64,000 nucleotides of DNA, taken from contig OZ245365.1 in assembly GCA_965226495.1 (NCBI GenBank), positions 960,001-1,024,000 of the forward strand, written 5' to 3'. The notes beneath the pieces are model-generated. The model ran no database searches. It was not told where the DNA came from and worked only from the letters and a program-made list of their open reading frames with translations. The stretch is from Candidatus Marinacidobacterales bacterium. GTDB taxonomy: Bacteria > Acidobacteriota > Vicinamibacteria > Marinacidobacterales > DATDRI01. The position numbers and the translations under genes are program-made. Within the stretch, counting starts at the first letter, position 1. Each line of letters opens with the position of its first letter. Positions 48,934 through 58,606 of this stretch are shown piece by piece.

Positions 48934-49192
48934 CTTTTCAAAAGAAAGGGGAGAATCTTAACTGCTTCATTTTCAAGTACGTGGAGAAGTTGGTGTCTCG
49001 AGGAAAGCCCCTGGCGAGCCTGAAAAATCCATGAATCTGTATGTAGATCCAAGTCCTCGGAGATCGACCCCGATTCAGACTATGAAGTCAAGAGAACCCC
49101 AGAGCGTCTTGGACCGAATGTACCCGTCCTTTCTGTTCTTGACATCCGCAGCTTCTTTCTAGTAGAAGGCCTTACGGAGTTCCTGTAAGACG

Positions 49193-50434
49193 ATGCCATC
49201 CACTTCCTCTTCGACTCGCTGGTACGGGGAAATCACATCCGTTCAACGCCGGAGCCTTCTCGCCGCATCGCTTGGCTGGATGCTCGACAGCATGGACGTG
49301 CAGCTCTATGCGTTGATTCTGCTCGAAGTGATGCGGGACTTGGAGATGGACAAGGGCACCGGGGGTTTCCTGGCGTCGCTTACTTTGCTCTCCTCGGCTG
49401 CGGGCGGCGTTCTCTTCGGGATTCTGGCCGATCGAATCGGGCGCACTCGGGCGCTCATGCTCAGCATTCTCATCTACTCCGTGTTTACGGCAGCATGCGG
49501 TTTCTCCCAGACGGTCTTTCAACTCGCGATGTTTCGCGTGCTACTCGGTTTCGGGATGGGAGGGGAGTGGGCCTCTGGCGCCGCTCTCGTCGCGGAGACG
49601 TGGCCAGCTAAACACCGAGGCAAGGCCATGGGCATCATGCAGAGCTCTTGGGCTGTTGGTTATGCGTCGGCGGCAGGCGTTACCGCTTTGATCCTTCCAA
49701 CTCTCGGCTGGCGCGCCGTCTTCTTCGTCGGGATTCTCCCCGCCTTGCTGACGCTGTGGATCCGGAGAAGGGTGGCCGAACCGGAGATCTGGGTTCGCTC
49801 GCGCGAACAATCGAACGCCGAGCCCATCAGTATCTGGACCATCTTTTCTCCGCGCTACCTCCGGAACACTCTTTTGATCACGTTCATGAATGCCGGAACC
49901 ATGTTCGCCTGGTGGGGGCTCTTCACATGGGTTCCTACTTATCTGAGACTTCCCCCCGAGCAAGGTGGCGCCGGCCTCACCGTTGTCGGCTCGTCCGTCT
50001 GGATCATTGTGCTGACCGTTGGTCAGTGGTTTGGCTATATATCCTTCGGCTTCATCGCCGACTCACTGGGTCGCAAGAAGGCCTACCTTCTATACCTTCT
50101 AGTAGCCGCAGCGCTGGTACCTGTCTACGGCAGCACTCGCGACCCTACTGCGCTTTTGGTGCTGGGGCCCTTCTTGGCGTTCTTCGGCACCGGCTACTTC
50201 TCCGGTTTTGGCGTGATCAGCGCCGAGCTCTTTCCGACCCGCATCCGCGCATCGGCGCAGGGGTTAACCTATAACATTGGAAGGGTGGCAAGCGCTGCCG
50301 CTCCTTTTGTGGTGGGCACACTGGCCGAGAAGTATGGGCTCGGGATGGCGTTCAATGTGACTGCGGCGGCCTTTCTCTTCTCCGCCGCACTCGCCGCCTT
50401 CCTTCCCGAAACGCGGGGTAAGGAACTCGAGTAG
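49193..50434 (+). CDS. MFS transporter (NanT/aromatic acid-like)
   Basis: GWMLDSMD, GILADRIGR, GMGGEW, ELFPTRIRA, LPETRG. Confidence 0.88.
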   Translation: MPSTSSSTRWYGEITSVQRRSLLAASLGWMLDSMDVQLYALILLEVMRDLEMDKGTGGFLASLTLLSSAAGGVLFGILADRIGRTRALMLSILIYSVFTAACGFSQTVFQLAMFRVLLGFGMGGEWASGAALVAETWPAKHRGKAMGIMQSSWAVGYASAAGVTALILPTLGWRAVFFVGILPALLTLWIRRRVAEPEIWVRSREQSNAEPISIWTIFSPRYLRNTLLITFMNAGTMFAWWGLFTWVPTYLRLPPEQGGAGLTVVGSSVWIIVLTVGQWFGYISFGFIADSLGRKKAYLLYLLVAAALVPVYGSTRDPTALLVLGPFLAFFGTGYFSGFGVISAELFPTRIRASAQGLTYNIGRVASAAAPFVVGTLAEKYGLGMAFNVTAAAFLFSAALAAFLPETRGKELE

Positions 50435-50510
50435 TCCGCTCTGCGCCGCGCGGCTTTCAGCTCGCGGTGCCTAGAGTGTTTGGCTAGCTGCGGCCGGATC
50501 ATATAGGTCG

Positions 50511-51797
50511 CTACGAGAGCGCCTCCAGGTTGCTAGCGGCGATCTCTCTCATAGAAGCGGAGAGGCTGTCGTTCTCGCTACCCCTTCGCCAAAACGTTGC
50601 GGCGAGGGAGCTCGCTTGACTCCAGACGTCCCAAGTTTCGGCGGTAGGCGTTGGGCGTACGAACTCCCGGTTCGGTAGTTGCCCGTCGCCCGTAGGTGCA
50701 TAGAGCGTAGGCAATTGGTCGAAGGCAGGTGCGAGCGTGTAGCGCCTCGGCTCCACCGTCATGTTTTCGCCTTCACCCTTGTGTGCCGGAAACAGCGCGA
50801 TGTTGTAGTGATGGCGGTCTTCGTTCGCGATCAGTCGTGCGAAGGCTTCATAAAGCTGTAGCCGCCGCGCATCCTCGGTCGAAAGCCCCCGAACCTGGGC
50901 GAGTCGAGTGGCGATGCGAGCCCACGTGTCTGTCAGATCGTCGTGCGCCGCGGCAAGGGTCATTATGGCGCACCTGCCGCGTTCGCCGATTCGGTCGAAA
51001 CGCTCGACTTCCAAGAACCGATAGGTGCCCGTTTCTATGAGCCGCGCGTTCGCAGCCGCTACACCACCACCCCGCAGAACTTCCAACGCGAGTGCCTCGA
51101 GGCTCAACAGGTCCAGCCAACGCTGCGCGAGTGCGGACTCCCCTTGGGCGGTGAACTTGACCAGGTAATGCCGACCTTCCACATAGGCACCGAACTTCGG
51201 TCTTTCGCCGCCGGCGGAGGAGCCCGGCGGGTCGCCTGCCGTAGCGGCCTCAGCGAGTTCGCGGTAATCATCCCGGGTCACCGGCGAAGGCGGGTTGGAA
51301 GACCATCGTTCCATGGATTCGTCGCCGAGGAGAAGGTTTCCGGGAAGGTTTTCACCACGCCGAGCCAAGGCCACCACGGTATGATCATCCGACCAGTCGC
51401 TGATGCGTGGGGGAACGCGCAGGTCCGGATGCTGGTTCGAAAAGGCGCGACCCATGAACCCGGAGGGCCGCATATCACCAACTTCTGGCGGGAGCCCAAA
51501 AAAGATCACTCCAGATGGCAACCACGCTGTTTCGTGGCGCGCCAAAACGAAAAGCCGGCCCACCGGATGCGGTCTGCCGGTGTCGTCGATTCGGAAAAGC
51601 GGGACGTCAGATCCCGCGAGCCCAGAGATTTCACGCCGTAGCCCATAGCGAGTGGCTCGTCCGCGGCCGATGCGGACGATCTTGTCGCCCTCGGCGCGGA
51701 CACGGCTCATCAACGTTTGCGGCGAAATTCCAAGGGCGTCGGTGAGGCGTCCGGCCGGGACGACTCCTCGCTGAAGCTGATCGGTGAGGGCGCTCAT
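50511..51797 (-). CDS. yjjJ: YjjJ-like HipA-family kinase with N-terminal HTH
   Basis: N-terminal HTH (LGISPQTL..RATRY), GSSAGGERPKF, EVERFDR, IANEDRHHYN, LAPAFDQLP; no HipB partner nearby. Confidence 0.8.
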   Translation of the reverse strand: MSALTDQLQRGVVPAGRLTDALGISPQTLMSRVRAEGDKIVRIGRGRATRYGLRREISGLAGSDVPLFRIDDTGRPHPVGRLFVLARHETAWLPSGVIFFGLPPEVGDMRPSGFMGRAFSNQHPDLRVPPRISDWSDDHTVVALARRGENLPGNLLLGDESMERWSSNPPSPVTRDDYRELAEAATAGDPPGSSAGGERPKFGAYVEGRHYLVKFTAQGESALAQRWLDLLSLEALALEVLRGGGVAAANARLIETGTYRFLEVERFDRIGERGRCAIMTLAAAHDDLTDTWARIATRLAQVRGLSTEDARRLQLYEAFARLIANEDRHHYNIALFPAHKGEGENMTVEPRRYTLAPAFDQLPTLYAPTGDGQLPNREFVRPTPTAETWDVWSQASSLAATFWRRGSENDSLSASMREIAASNLEALS

Positions 51798-51915
51798 TTT
51801 TGGAATGATTTTAGAATGATTAAATATGATTATAACTATATATAAATAAATAGTTAAATGGCTTAATTATTTTTTAAACATCATATTTACAGAATGATTA
51901 TAGAACGATTATTGT
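51798..51915 (-). promoter_or_regulatory. Very AT-rich promoter region with GAATGATT direct repeats
   Basis: GAATGATT at 51803, 51814 and 51892, GAACGATT at 51903 (two pairs, 11-bp period), plus ATGATT at 51826. Confidence 0.65.
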
Positions 51916-51931
51916 CACAAAGCAAGCGCCC

Positions 51932-52204
51932 CTGGAGCTTTTTGGGGCGTTCTTTGGCACCGGCTACTTGTCCGGCTTTGGCGTGATCAGCGCCGAGCTC
52001 TTTCCGACCCGCATCCGGGCAACGGCGCAGGGGTTAACCTATAACATTGGAAGGGTGGCAAGCGCTGCCGCTCCTTTTGTGGTGGGCACACTGGCCGAGA
52101 CGTATGGGCTCGGGATGGCGTTCAATGTGACCGCGGCGGCCTTTCTCTTCTCCGCCGCACTCGCCGCCTTCCTTCCCGAAACGCGGGGTAAGGAACTCGA
52201 GTAA
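51932..52204 (+). pseudogene. Duplicated 3' fragment of the MFS gene
   Basis: About 273 bp, near-identical to 50162-50434 (offset 1770) and degenerate at its 5' edge. Confidence 0.92.
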
Positions 52205-52280
52205 GCGCCCTCGAGGCCGCCCGACTTCACTCGGGATGTTCTGACTAGCAAAACTCGGTCGCTCACGCGTCCACAGGACA

Positions 52281-55200
52281 CTAGAGACTCAACTTCTTTT
52301 GTAGCTCCTGAACGACGGGGGCTGGATTCTGTCCCTCGAGAGCAGCCCTGGTCGCCTGCTCGACGATGTCCTCGAGCTGCAGAAGGGCCGCATAGGCTCT
52401 TGTTGCGTCCATCGTTGCATCGAGAATTCCCTGTCGAGTTTCTTGCGCCTTTGATTGAAGCGAGACGTTCATGTAAGCCTTCAACACGTCTCCGATCTCG
52501 GCTCCAGTCTGCCTCGTCATGCGTGACAAGAAATCGACGCCGGCGCGGTTGACAAGATGATTGACCGCGGCGGTGCTGATGATCTCACGGCGCAGTGGAT
52601 GCTCGGTGAAGTGCTCCGCGAAGGCCTCCCGCAAGGGGGCGGGGAAGTAACCTTCCAGGAACGGCGCGCCCTCCGGGGTATCGGGGAAATCCGTCTCGAC
52701 GATCTGCCTGTACGCCCAGATCTTGACGTGGCCAAGCACGAGCGCAAGCAATGGTCGCGGCAGACCGCGATGCCTCTGCGCACTGTCGAGGAGGTGTCTC
52801 CGTCGCGGCACGGCATCGTCCTGGCGGTTGAGAATACCGGCGGTGACGAGCTCTTCGATGAGTGCCGTAAAATCTTCGTATCGGGCAGCGCTGCGTATTC
52901 CGTCGAGAGTCAGAGTGAGTGCCTGTCGAGCGTTATCGATCAAGACCAGCCTTGCCACGTCCTCTGTCATCTCCAAAAACAAGCGATCCCGTTCGGCCCG
53001 ATTCTCGATGACACCCTTCTTGACCAGCATGTCCATCAGGATCTTTATGTTCACTTCGTGATCGGATAGGTCGACTCCGCCGGAGTTATCAACGGCGTCG
53101 GTGTTGATGAGCCCTCCTCCTTTCGTCCAGTACTCGAGCCGAGCCTTTTGAGTGAAGCCCAAATTTCCGCCTTCGCCGACCACCCGGGCCCGAATGTCGC
53201 AGCCGTCGACACGGAGGCGGTCGTTGGTGCGGTCCCCCACACTGATGTTGTCTTCACTCGAGGCTTTGACATACGTCCCGATACCGCCGTTGTACAAGAG
53301 ATCGACGCGCGACGTCAGTATCTTGCGGATCATCTGCTCGCCACTCATCCGATCGTGCGAGATCCCGAGGAGTGACTTCATCTCGGGACTTGCCGGAATG
53401 CTCTTATCAGACCGATCGAACACACCACCCCCCGGACTGATGAGGGAGGAGTCGTAATCGCGCCAGCTCGAACGCGGCAATCGAAACAGCCGCTCTCGCT
53501 CAGCATGACTCCGGTCGGGGTCCGGATTTGGATCGATGAAGATGTGCATGTGATTGAAGGCGGCGACCAGCTTCATGGTTCGAGACAAGAGCATGCCGTT
53601 GCCGAAGACATCACCGGCCATGTCCCCTATCGCGGCGGTGGTGAAAGAATCCTTGTTGACGTCGACGCCGAGGTTGGCGAAGTGATGCTTGATGCACTCC
53701 CAGACACCCCGAGCGGTGATGGCAACTTTCTTGTGGTCGTAGCCGATACTTCCTCCCGATGCAAAGGCGTCTCCCAACCAGAAGCCGTAGTGCTTGGCCA
53801 CCGCGTTGGCCGTATCGGATAGATGCGCCGTGCCCTTGTCGGCGGCAACGACCAAGTAAGGGTCGTCGTCATCATGTCGGACCACCTCGGGCGGATGACA
53901 CATTTCACTGTCAACCACGTTGTCCGTTACGTCGAGGAGCCCGGAGATAAACTCACGGTAACGCTCGGCGAGGTAACCGTCGAGGCCGGGGCGTGGCGGG
54001 AGTGACCCTTTAAGGACGAATCCACCCTTCGAGCCGACAGGTACGATGATCGAGTTCTTTACCATCTGGGTCTTCATGAGGCCCAAGACCTCGGTACGGA
54101 AGTCATCGTGCCGATCGCTCCATCGAATACCGCCCCGGGCAATCCGCCCGCCGCGAAGATGGATCCCCTCGAGTCGCCGGGAGTGAACGTAAATCTCGTA
54201 CATGGGTTTCGGGGAGGGCATGCCTTCTACTTTGTGGCTGTCCACCTTGATGCTCACCACCAGACGCTCGGGGCTTTGGTAGAAGTTGGTTCGAACGGTT
54301 GCCGAGATAAGGCTTCCGAGTGCGCGGAGAACCTCGTCCTCAACGAGACTCCGTACGGCATCGAGGGCCGTCTGGAGCTCTGCCTCGGCCCGTTCGGTAC
54401 CCTTGCTCCGCCCGCCTTCAATCTGGGGGTCGAAGCAGGCTTCGAAAACGTGAAACAAAGCCCGTGCCACGTCCGCGTTCCGAAGAAGGACGCCGTTTAC
54501 GGTCTCAACGTTGTAATGCGGCCGTATCTGCTGCAGATGGTTTCTATAAGTGCGCAGCACCTCGACTTGGCGCCAGTTGAGTTCTGCACGCAAGACGAGA
54601 ATGTTGAGCGTGCCGTCGCTGGCACGCTCCTCGTCCAGAGCCCGCAGGGCATCTGTGACGCGATCGCATCCCTCGATCAGCGCTTGGATGTCCTTGGCAT
54701 CGTCCTCGATTTCGTATCGGTATAGGTGCGCGGTCTGCCCGTCAGGCAGCTGGATGGGGATGTGGAGCTCGCCCGTGACCTTCAGTCCCAGGTTACCGAG
54801 CGTGGTGAGGATCTCGATGAACCCCAAGGGTTTCAGAGCATAAACCTTGAGCGTGGCGTGCTCCGGGCTGCGAGGAACGACGGCGACCTCGAGCCTCCCC
54901 TCGAGGGCGTCGAGGTGCTTCACGTCGAAGGGGACTTCGTGCGGCGGCGTAGCCTCACGATAGAGGCCGCTGCGCGTTTCGCGCGTCACCCAGCGTTGCA
55001 GAAGCCGGCGTCCCTCCCTTTCGCCGAATGCCGCGGTGAGGTGTCGGGAAACGGCCTCCGGCCAGGTGGTGAGCAACTGCTCGGTGATCTGAAGGATTTC
55101 ATCTTCATTGAGAGCTCGGTCCATTCGGTTGAGATCGAAGTAGAAGAACACCACCTGCACAGACTCGGTATCTTCGGACGTGGTGAACGTAATGGGGCCG

Positions 55201-56567
55201 AATCTCTGGCTTAGCGCGCGCCGCAGATTCTCTTCGAGCTCGTAAGAGTAACGCAGCTTCGAGAACGCGAGGTAAAGCGCGACGTAACCCGTGCCGATGC
55301 GATGGTGAACCGCGATTTCGTCATCACCTGTGATCTGAATGATACGATTCAGGAACGGAAGGAGCTCTTCGACGGGAGCGTAGAAAAGCTCGCGACGCGG
55401 TAGGCGATTGAAGAGCGAGCGGATTTGACGGAAGGCATTGGACATGGTCACCGCGCCACTCTGCTCCAGGATCTGTGCTTGCTTCTGTCGGAGAATCGGT
55501 ACCAGCGTGGCTCGCTGGGCAAAAGACCCTTGGGAGAAGCGACCAAGAATGAGTGTGGACTTCTCCAGCCCGCCGTTCTCATCCCAGTGTCGGACCACGA
55601 GGTAATCGATGGGTTCGAGATGGTAGATCGCGGATGCGTTACTGCAGAAGTCGATCTCTATGATCCGCTCATCCTGTTGCATGGGCAGGAGCCTACGCTC
55701 GACTTCCTCGACCAATCCAGGGAAGACCACCGGCAAGAGCGTCGGGTCGCGAAATACTCCAAACGCTCCTTCCGGCGTGCGGTGCGGTAGCGCGTCGGGC
55801 CCAATCCGATAGCTGGCCATCCCCATCAGGATGAAGTTCTCGTCGAGCAGCCAATTTAGGAAATCTCGGGCCGGCTCGAGGTTGGCGTTCGGGCCTTCGC
55901 CTCGGCGGGTGTGGAGCCGCTCCGACACGGAATGCACGTGCCGCAACATTTCTTGAAAGTCCTCGAGGGCGAGGAAAACGCACTTGAGCACGCAAAAGAT
56001 CTCGTGTTGGAGGTGGCGCAGGCGTTCTTTCGACTCAATATGTTCGATGCGAAAACGACAGAGGAGCTCTTTGTCACCCTCGGCTTGAGCATCGCCAATC
56101 CAAACGATCCGCTCCCACTGGCGCCGAACGGTGACGATCGGATGGATGGCAGAGAAGACCCGGAGTCCGGCCTTCCGGAAGTAGTTCTTCAAACCATCGA
56201 AGACGAAGGGGGCATCGGGCGTATGGGTCTCGACGATGGTCGTATCCATCGGCATTTCCTTGCCACGGACCGTGTGTAAAACTTCATTTTCGCCCGAGCT
56301 TCGTGCCATAACGTGCAGTCCCGGCACGCCTCGATAGAGTTGGTTCGGAGGAGGAAGCTCCTCGACGAAGAATCGGTAATTGTCGATTAGCCGATCGGCG
56401 AGCTCCGAAGCCGCGACGCTCTGGGCCATCCAGTCGGGAAGGGCCGCATAGACCACGCGAGAAAAGGAGTCCAGCAGCTCCGGGTTGGTGTCCGGGGCGC
56501 GATCCTTGAGTCGGCTTAGAATCTGTTCGAGTTTCCGGACTTTTTCCGACGGAGTGAAGTGGCTCAT
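52281..56567 (-). CDS. Large NAD-specific glutamate dehydrogenase
   Basis: EGIHLRGGRIARGGIRWSDR, KNSIIVPVGSKGGF, YLVVAADKGTA, GDAFASGGS, GEGGNLGFTQ, DNSGGVDLSDHEVNIKI. Confidence 0.93.
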   Translation of the reverse strand: MSHFTPSEKVRKLEQILSRLKDRAPDTNPELLDSFSRVVYAALPDWMAQSVAASELADRLIDNYRFFVEELPPPNQLYRGVPGLHVMARSSGENEVLHTVRGKEMPMDTTIVETHTPDAPFVFDGLKNYFRKAGLRVFSAIHPIVTVRRQWERIVWIGDAQAEGDKELLCRFRIEHIESKERLRHLQHEIFCVLKCVFLALEDFQEMLRHVHSVSERLHTRRGEGPNANLEPARDFLNWLLDENFILMGMASYRIGPDALPHRTPEGAFGVFRDPTLLPVVFPGLVEEVERRLLPMQQDERIIEIDFCSNASAIYHLEPIDYLVVRHWDENGGLEKSTLILGRFSQGSFAQRATLVPILRQKQAQILEQSGAVTMSNAFRQIRSLFNRLPRRELFYAPVEELLPFLNRIIQITGDDEIAVHHRIGTGYVALYLAFSKLRYSYELEENLRRALSQRFGPITFTTSEDTESVQVVFFYFDLNRMDRALNEDEILQITEQLLTTWPEAVSRHLTAAFGEREGRRLLQRWVTRETRSGLYREATPPHEVPFDVKHLDALEGRLEVAVVPRSPEHATLKVYALKPLGFIEILTTLGNLGLKVTGELHIPIQLPDGQTAHLYRYEIEDDAKDIQALIEGCDRVTDALRALDEERASDGTLNILVLRAELNWRQVEVLRTYRNHLQQIRPHYNVETVNGVLLRNADVARALFHVFEACFDPQIEGGRSKGTERAEAELQTALDAVRSLVEDEVLRALGSLISATVRTNFYQSPERLVVSIKVDSHKVEGMPSPKPMYEIYVHSRRLEGIHLRGGRIARGGIRWSDRHDDFRTEVLGLMKTQMVKNSIIVPVGSKGGFVLKGSLPPRPGLDGYLAERYREFISGLLDVTDNVVDSEMCHPPEVVRHDDDDPYLVVAADKGTAHLSDTANAVAKHYGFWLGDAFASGGSIGYDHKKVAITARGVWECIKHHFANLGVDVNKDSFTTAAIGDMAGDVFGNGMLLSRTMKLVAAFNHMHIFIDPNPDPDRSHAERERLFRLPRSSWRDYDSSLISPGGGVFDRSDKSIPASPEMKSLLGISHDRMSGEQMIRKILTSRVDLLYNGGIGTYVKASSEDNISVGDRTNDRLRVDGCDIRARVVGEGGNLGFTQKARLEYWTKGGGLINTDAVDNSGGVDLSDHEVNIKILMDMLVKKGVIENRAERDRLFLEMTEDVARLVLIDNARQALTLTLDGIRSAARYEDFTALIEELVTAGILNRQDDAVPRRRHLLDSAQRHRGLPRPLLALVLGHVKIWAYRQIVETDFPDTPEGAPFLEGYFPAPLREAFAEHFTEHPLRREIISTAAVNHLVNRAGVDFLSRMTRQTGAEIGDVLKAYMNVSLQSKAQETRQGILDATMDATRAYAALLQLEDIVEQATRAALEGQNPAPVVQELQKKLSL

Positions 56568-56722
56568 TGCGTCCGGTCCCGCCATCGATCCGCGTGGCGC
56601 AGCGCGCTCATGGAAAAGTTACATTTCAGTATGGCACGAAAGCAAGCCGGTGTGAATCCGCTACCAGTATTGGGATGGAAACAGCTGCTCTCTGACAGCG
56701 CGGGATATTCTAAGAAGTCTCT

Positions 56723-57070
56723 CTATCCGGCTACCGGCTCGTGGCTAGCGCCGGGTGCGCCGTGCAATACGGCCACGAAGACCAGTTCGTCCGTCACGGC
56801 GAGGACCGAATGCTCTTCGCCCCTTCCGAAGATCAACATGCTATTGGGACCGGCACTTTGTTGCGTGCCGTCCCGTCCCGTGAAGACCCCCTCTCCCTTA
56901 AGCACCACCACATGGACGGGAGAGTGTGCGAGGTGGGGTTTGATCTTCTGTCCTTTGATCAACGCAAAGCGGAGCGTCCTACTCTCGTCATCGGCGTAGA
57001 CCGCCCGTGCCTCTGCGTGTTCGCTGCCTTTGCGGAAATCCAGGTTGTCGAGTAGTTGAAAGTATTCCAT
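56723..57070 (-). CDS. Cupin domain protein
   Basis: PHLAHSPVHVVVLKGEG...GEEHSV. Confidence 0.8.
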   Translation of the reverse strand: MEYFQLLDNLDFRKGSEHAEARAVYADDESRTLRFALIKGQKIKPHLAHSPVHVVVLKGEGVFTGRDGTQQSAGPNSMLIFGRGEEHSVLAVTDELVFVAVLHGAPGASHEPVAG

Positions 57071-57096
57071 GGGCAAACTCCTTAATTTGTCGAAAA

Positions 57097-58164
57097 TTAA
57101 TCGAGCCGTCGCAGCTCGTCTTCGACAAAGGCCGAAACGGCTTCGTAGGGAAGGGCCCCGCTAGGAGCGGGAATTCCGTTAACGAAAAGGGCCGGCGTTC
57201 CGGTGACCCCCACCATTCCGCCCGCCCGCATATCCTTCTGCACTTGCTCGGCGTGTTTCCCAGAATCCAGGCAGTGGTCGAACTCCGTTCGATCGAGCTC
57301 CAGTCGACCGGCCTTCTCCTTGAGCGCCGCGACGTCGAGGCGGGATTGGTCCTCGAATAGCAGATCGTGCATCGGCCAGAATTTGTCTTGGTCACCCGCG
57401 CACAGGGAGGCCTCTGCGGCTTTCGGAGCGTTGGCGTGGATGCTCAAAGGAAACTGGCGGAAGACGAGACGCACTTGGTCGCCATATTTTTTCTTGACCT
57501 CGTCGAGGGTTGCTACGAATTGACTGCAGAAGGGGCACTCGAAGTCCGAGAACTCGACGAGGGTGATGGGTGCGTCACTCGGGCCCATACTCGGGAACCC
57601 TTCGCTGTTCAGATTCACGCGATAAGGCTGGATCAGATACTCCACGTCCCGTTGCTCCGCCAGCTTCCGCACGAACTCTTGTTGCGCTCGGACCGTCTTT
57701 TGTTCGGTTAGAAACTTGTGGATTTGGGGGAACACATCCTGCAAGGCTTTCCCACCCAGCCGCGCCTGGTTTTCCTGGTGCCACGCGCTGACATCGTCGG
57801 CGCTTACTTGCGCATTGGGTTGAACCTCTGCCGCGAAGAGATCTCTCGGGGTGATCCCCCGCTTTTTCGCTTCGTCCTCCATCAGGCGGCCAGATACGAT
57901 TTCCTCTACCGTGGACTCGATGATTTGATAACGCTGACCTTGATACTGAGCCTCCATACCGCCAAGTCGGTCCCCGACGCGCTCTTCGAGGTCCGCCTGA
58001 GTCACCGGGGAGCCATCGATCGTGGCCAAGACGTCCGGCGTTTCGGAGGAAGCGGCCTGGGCCGAGGGGGCAGGTTGGCCCTGAGAGCAGCTTGTCCAAG
58101 TTGTCAGGGTTGTCAGGGCTGTCAGGCTTGCCACGACCAGAAGCGAATCGTGTTCTATCTTCAT
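57097..58164 (-). CDS. DsbA/thioredoxin_4 protein with SurA-like N-domain, probable lipoprotein
   Basis: LVEFSDFECPFC, RQFPL, GVTGTPALFVNG. Confidence 0.88.
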   Translation of the reverse strand: MKIEHDSLLVVASLTALTTLTTWTSCSQGQPAPSAQAASSETPDVLATIDGSPVTQADLEERVGDRLGGMEAQYQGQRYQIIESTVEEIVSGRLMEDEAKKRGITPRDLFAAEVQPNAQVSADDVSAWHQENQARLGGKALQDVFPQIHKFLTEQKTVRAQQEFVRKLAEQRDVEYLIQPYRVNLNSEGFPSMGPSDAPITLVEFSDFECPFCSQFVATLDEVKKKYGDQVRLVFRQFPLSIHANAPKAAEASLCAGDQDKFWPMHDLLFEDQSRLDVAALKEKAGRLELDRTEFDHCLDSGKHAEQVQKDMRAGGMVGVTGTPALFVNGIPAPSGALPYEAVSAFVEDELRRLD

Positions 58165-58180
58165 GTCTCTCCTTTGGCGA

Positions 58181-58606
58181 TTACTGGGCCTCTGCGATCA
58201 GGATACTTCCGTCGCCGCGTATAGCGATTCGCTGACCCGTCTTCAATGTGTCGAACTCCTCCGGCTCGATGAAAACGATGGGAACTCGTTGCCCGTACAA
58301 CTCATCCGCCACGATGGCGGCCAGAGACAAAAACGCCTCGATACGATTACATATGATCGCAGCGGGAGCGGTATTCGCCTTGACCGATTCTACTAGAACG
58401 GCGGTCGTGGTGCTCGAGCCGCGAGTGAAAGGAATTCCGAGGATTTTTCCTGCCGCGACTTTTCCGTTCAATGGATGACGTCGATCGATAATGGAGCCGT
58501 CGCGATGATCGTATCCGCCCCAGAAGCTCAGGGGCTCGGAACTAATGAGCGCCTCACCGGATGCCGCTCCAGCGACCAGCGGCTTCGCTTGGATCACTCT
58601 TTCCAT
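58181..58606 (-). CDS. Aconitase X small (swivel) subunit, DUF126
   Basis: PLSFWGGYD, DRRHPLNG, RGSST, APAAII. Confidence 0.88.
   Translation of the reverse strand: MERVIQAKPLVAGAASGEALISSEPLSFWGGYDHRDGSIIDRRHPLNGKVAAGKILGIPFTRGSSTTTAVLVESVKANTAPAAIICNRIEAFLSLAAIVADELYGQRVPIVFIEPEEFDTLKTGQRIAIRGDGSILIAEAQ

Noticed and set aside
56632-56648. TGGCAC as a sigma54 -24 element
   Set aside because: No TTGC at the -12 position, and the orientation is wrong for the adjacent GDH gene.
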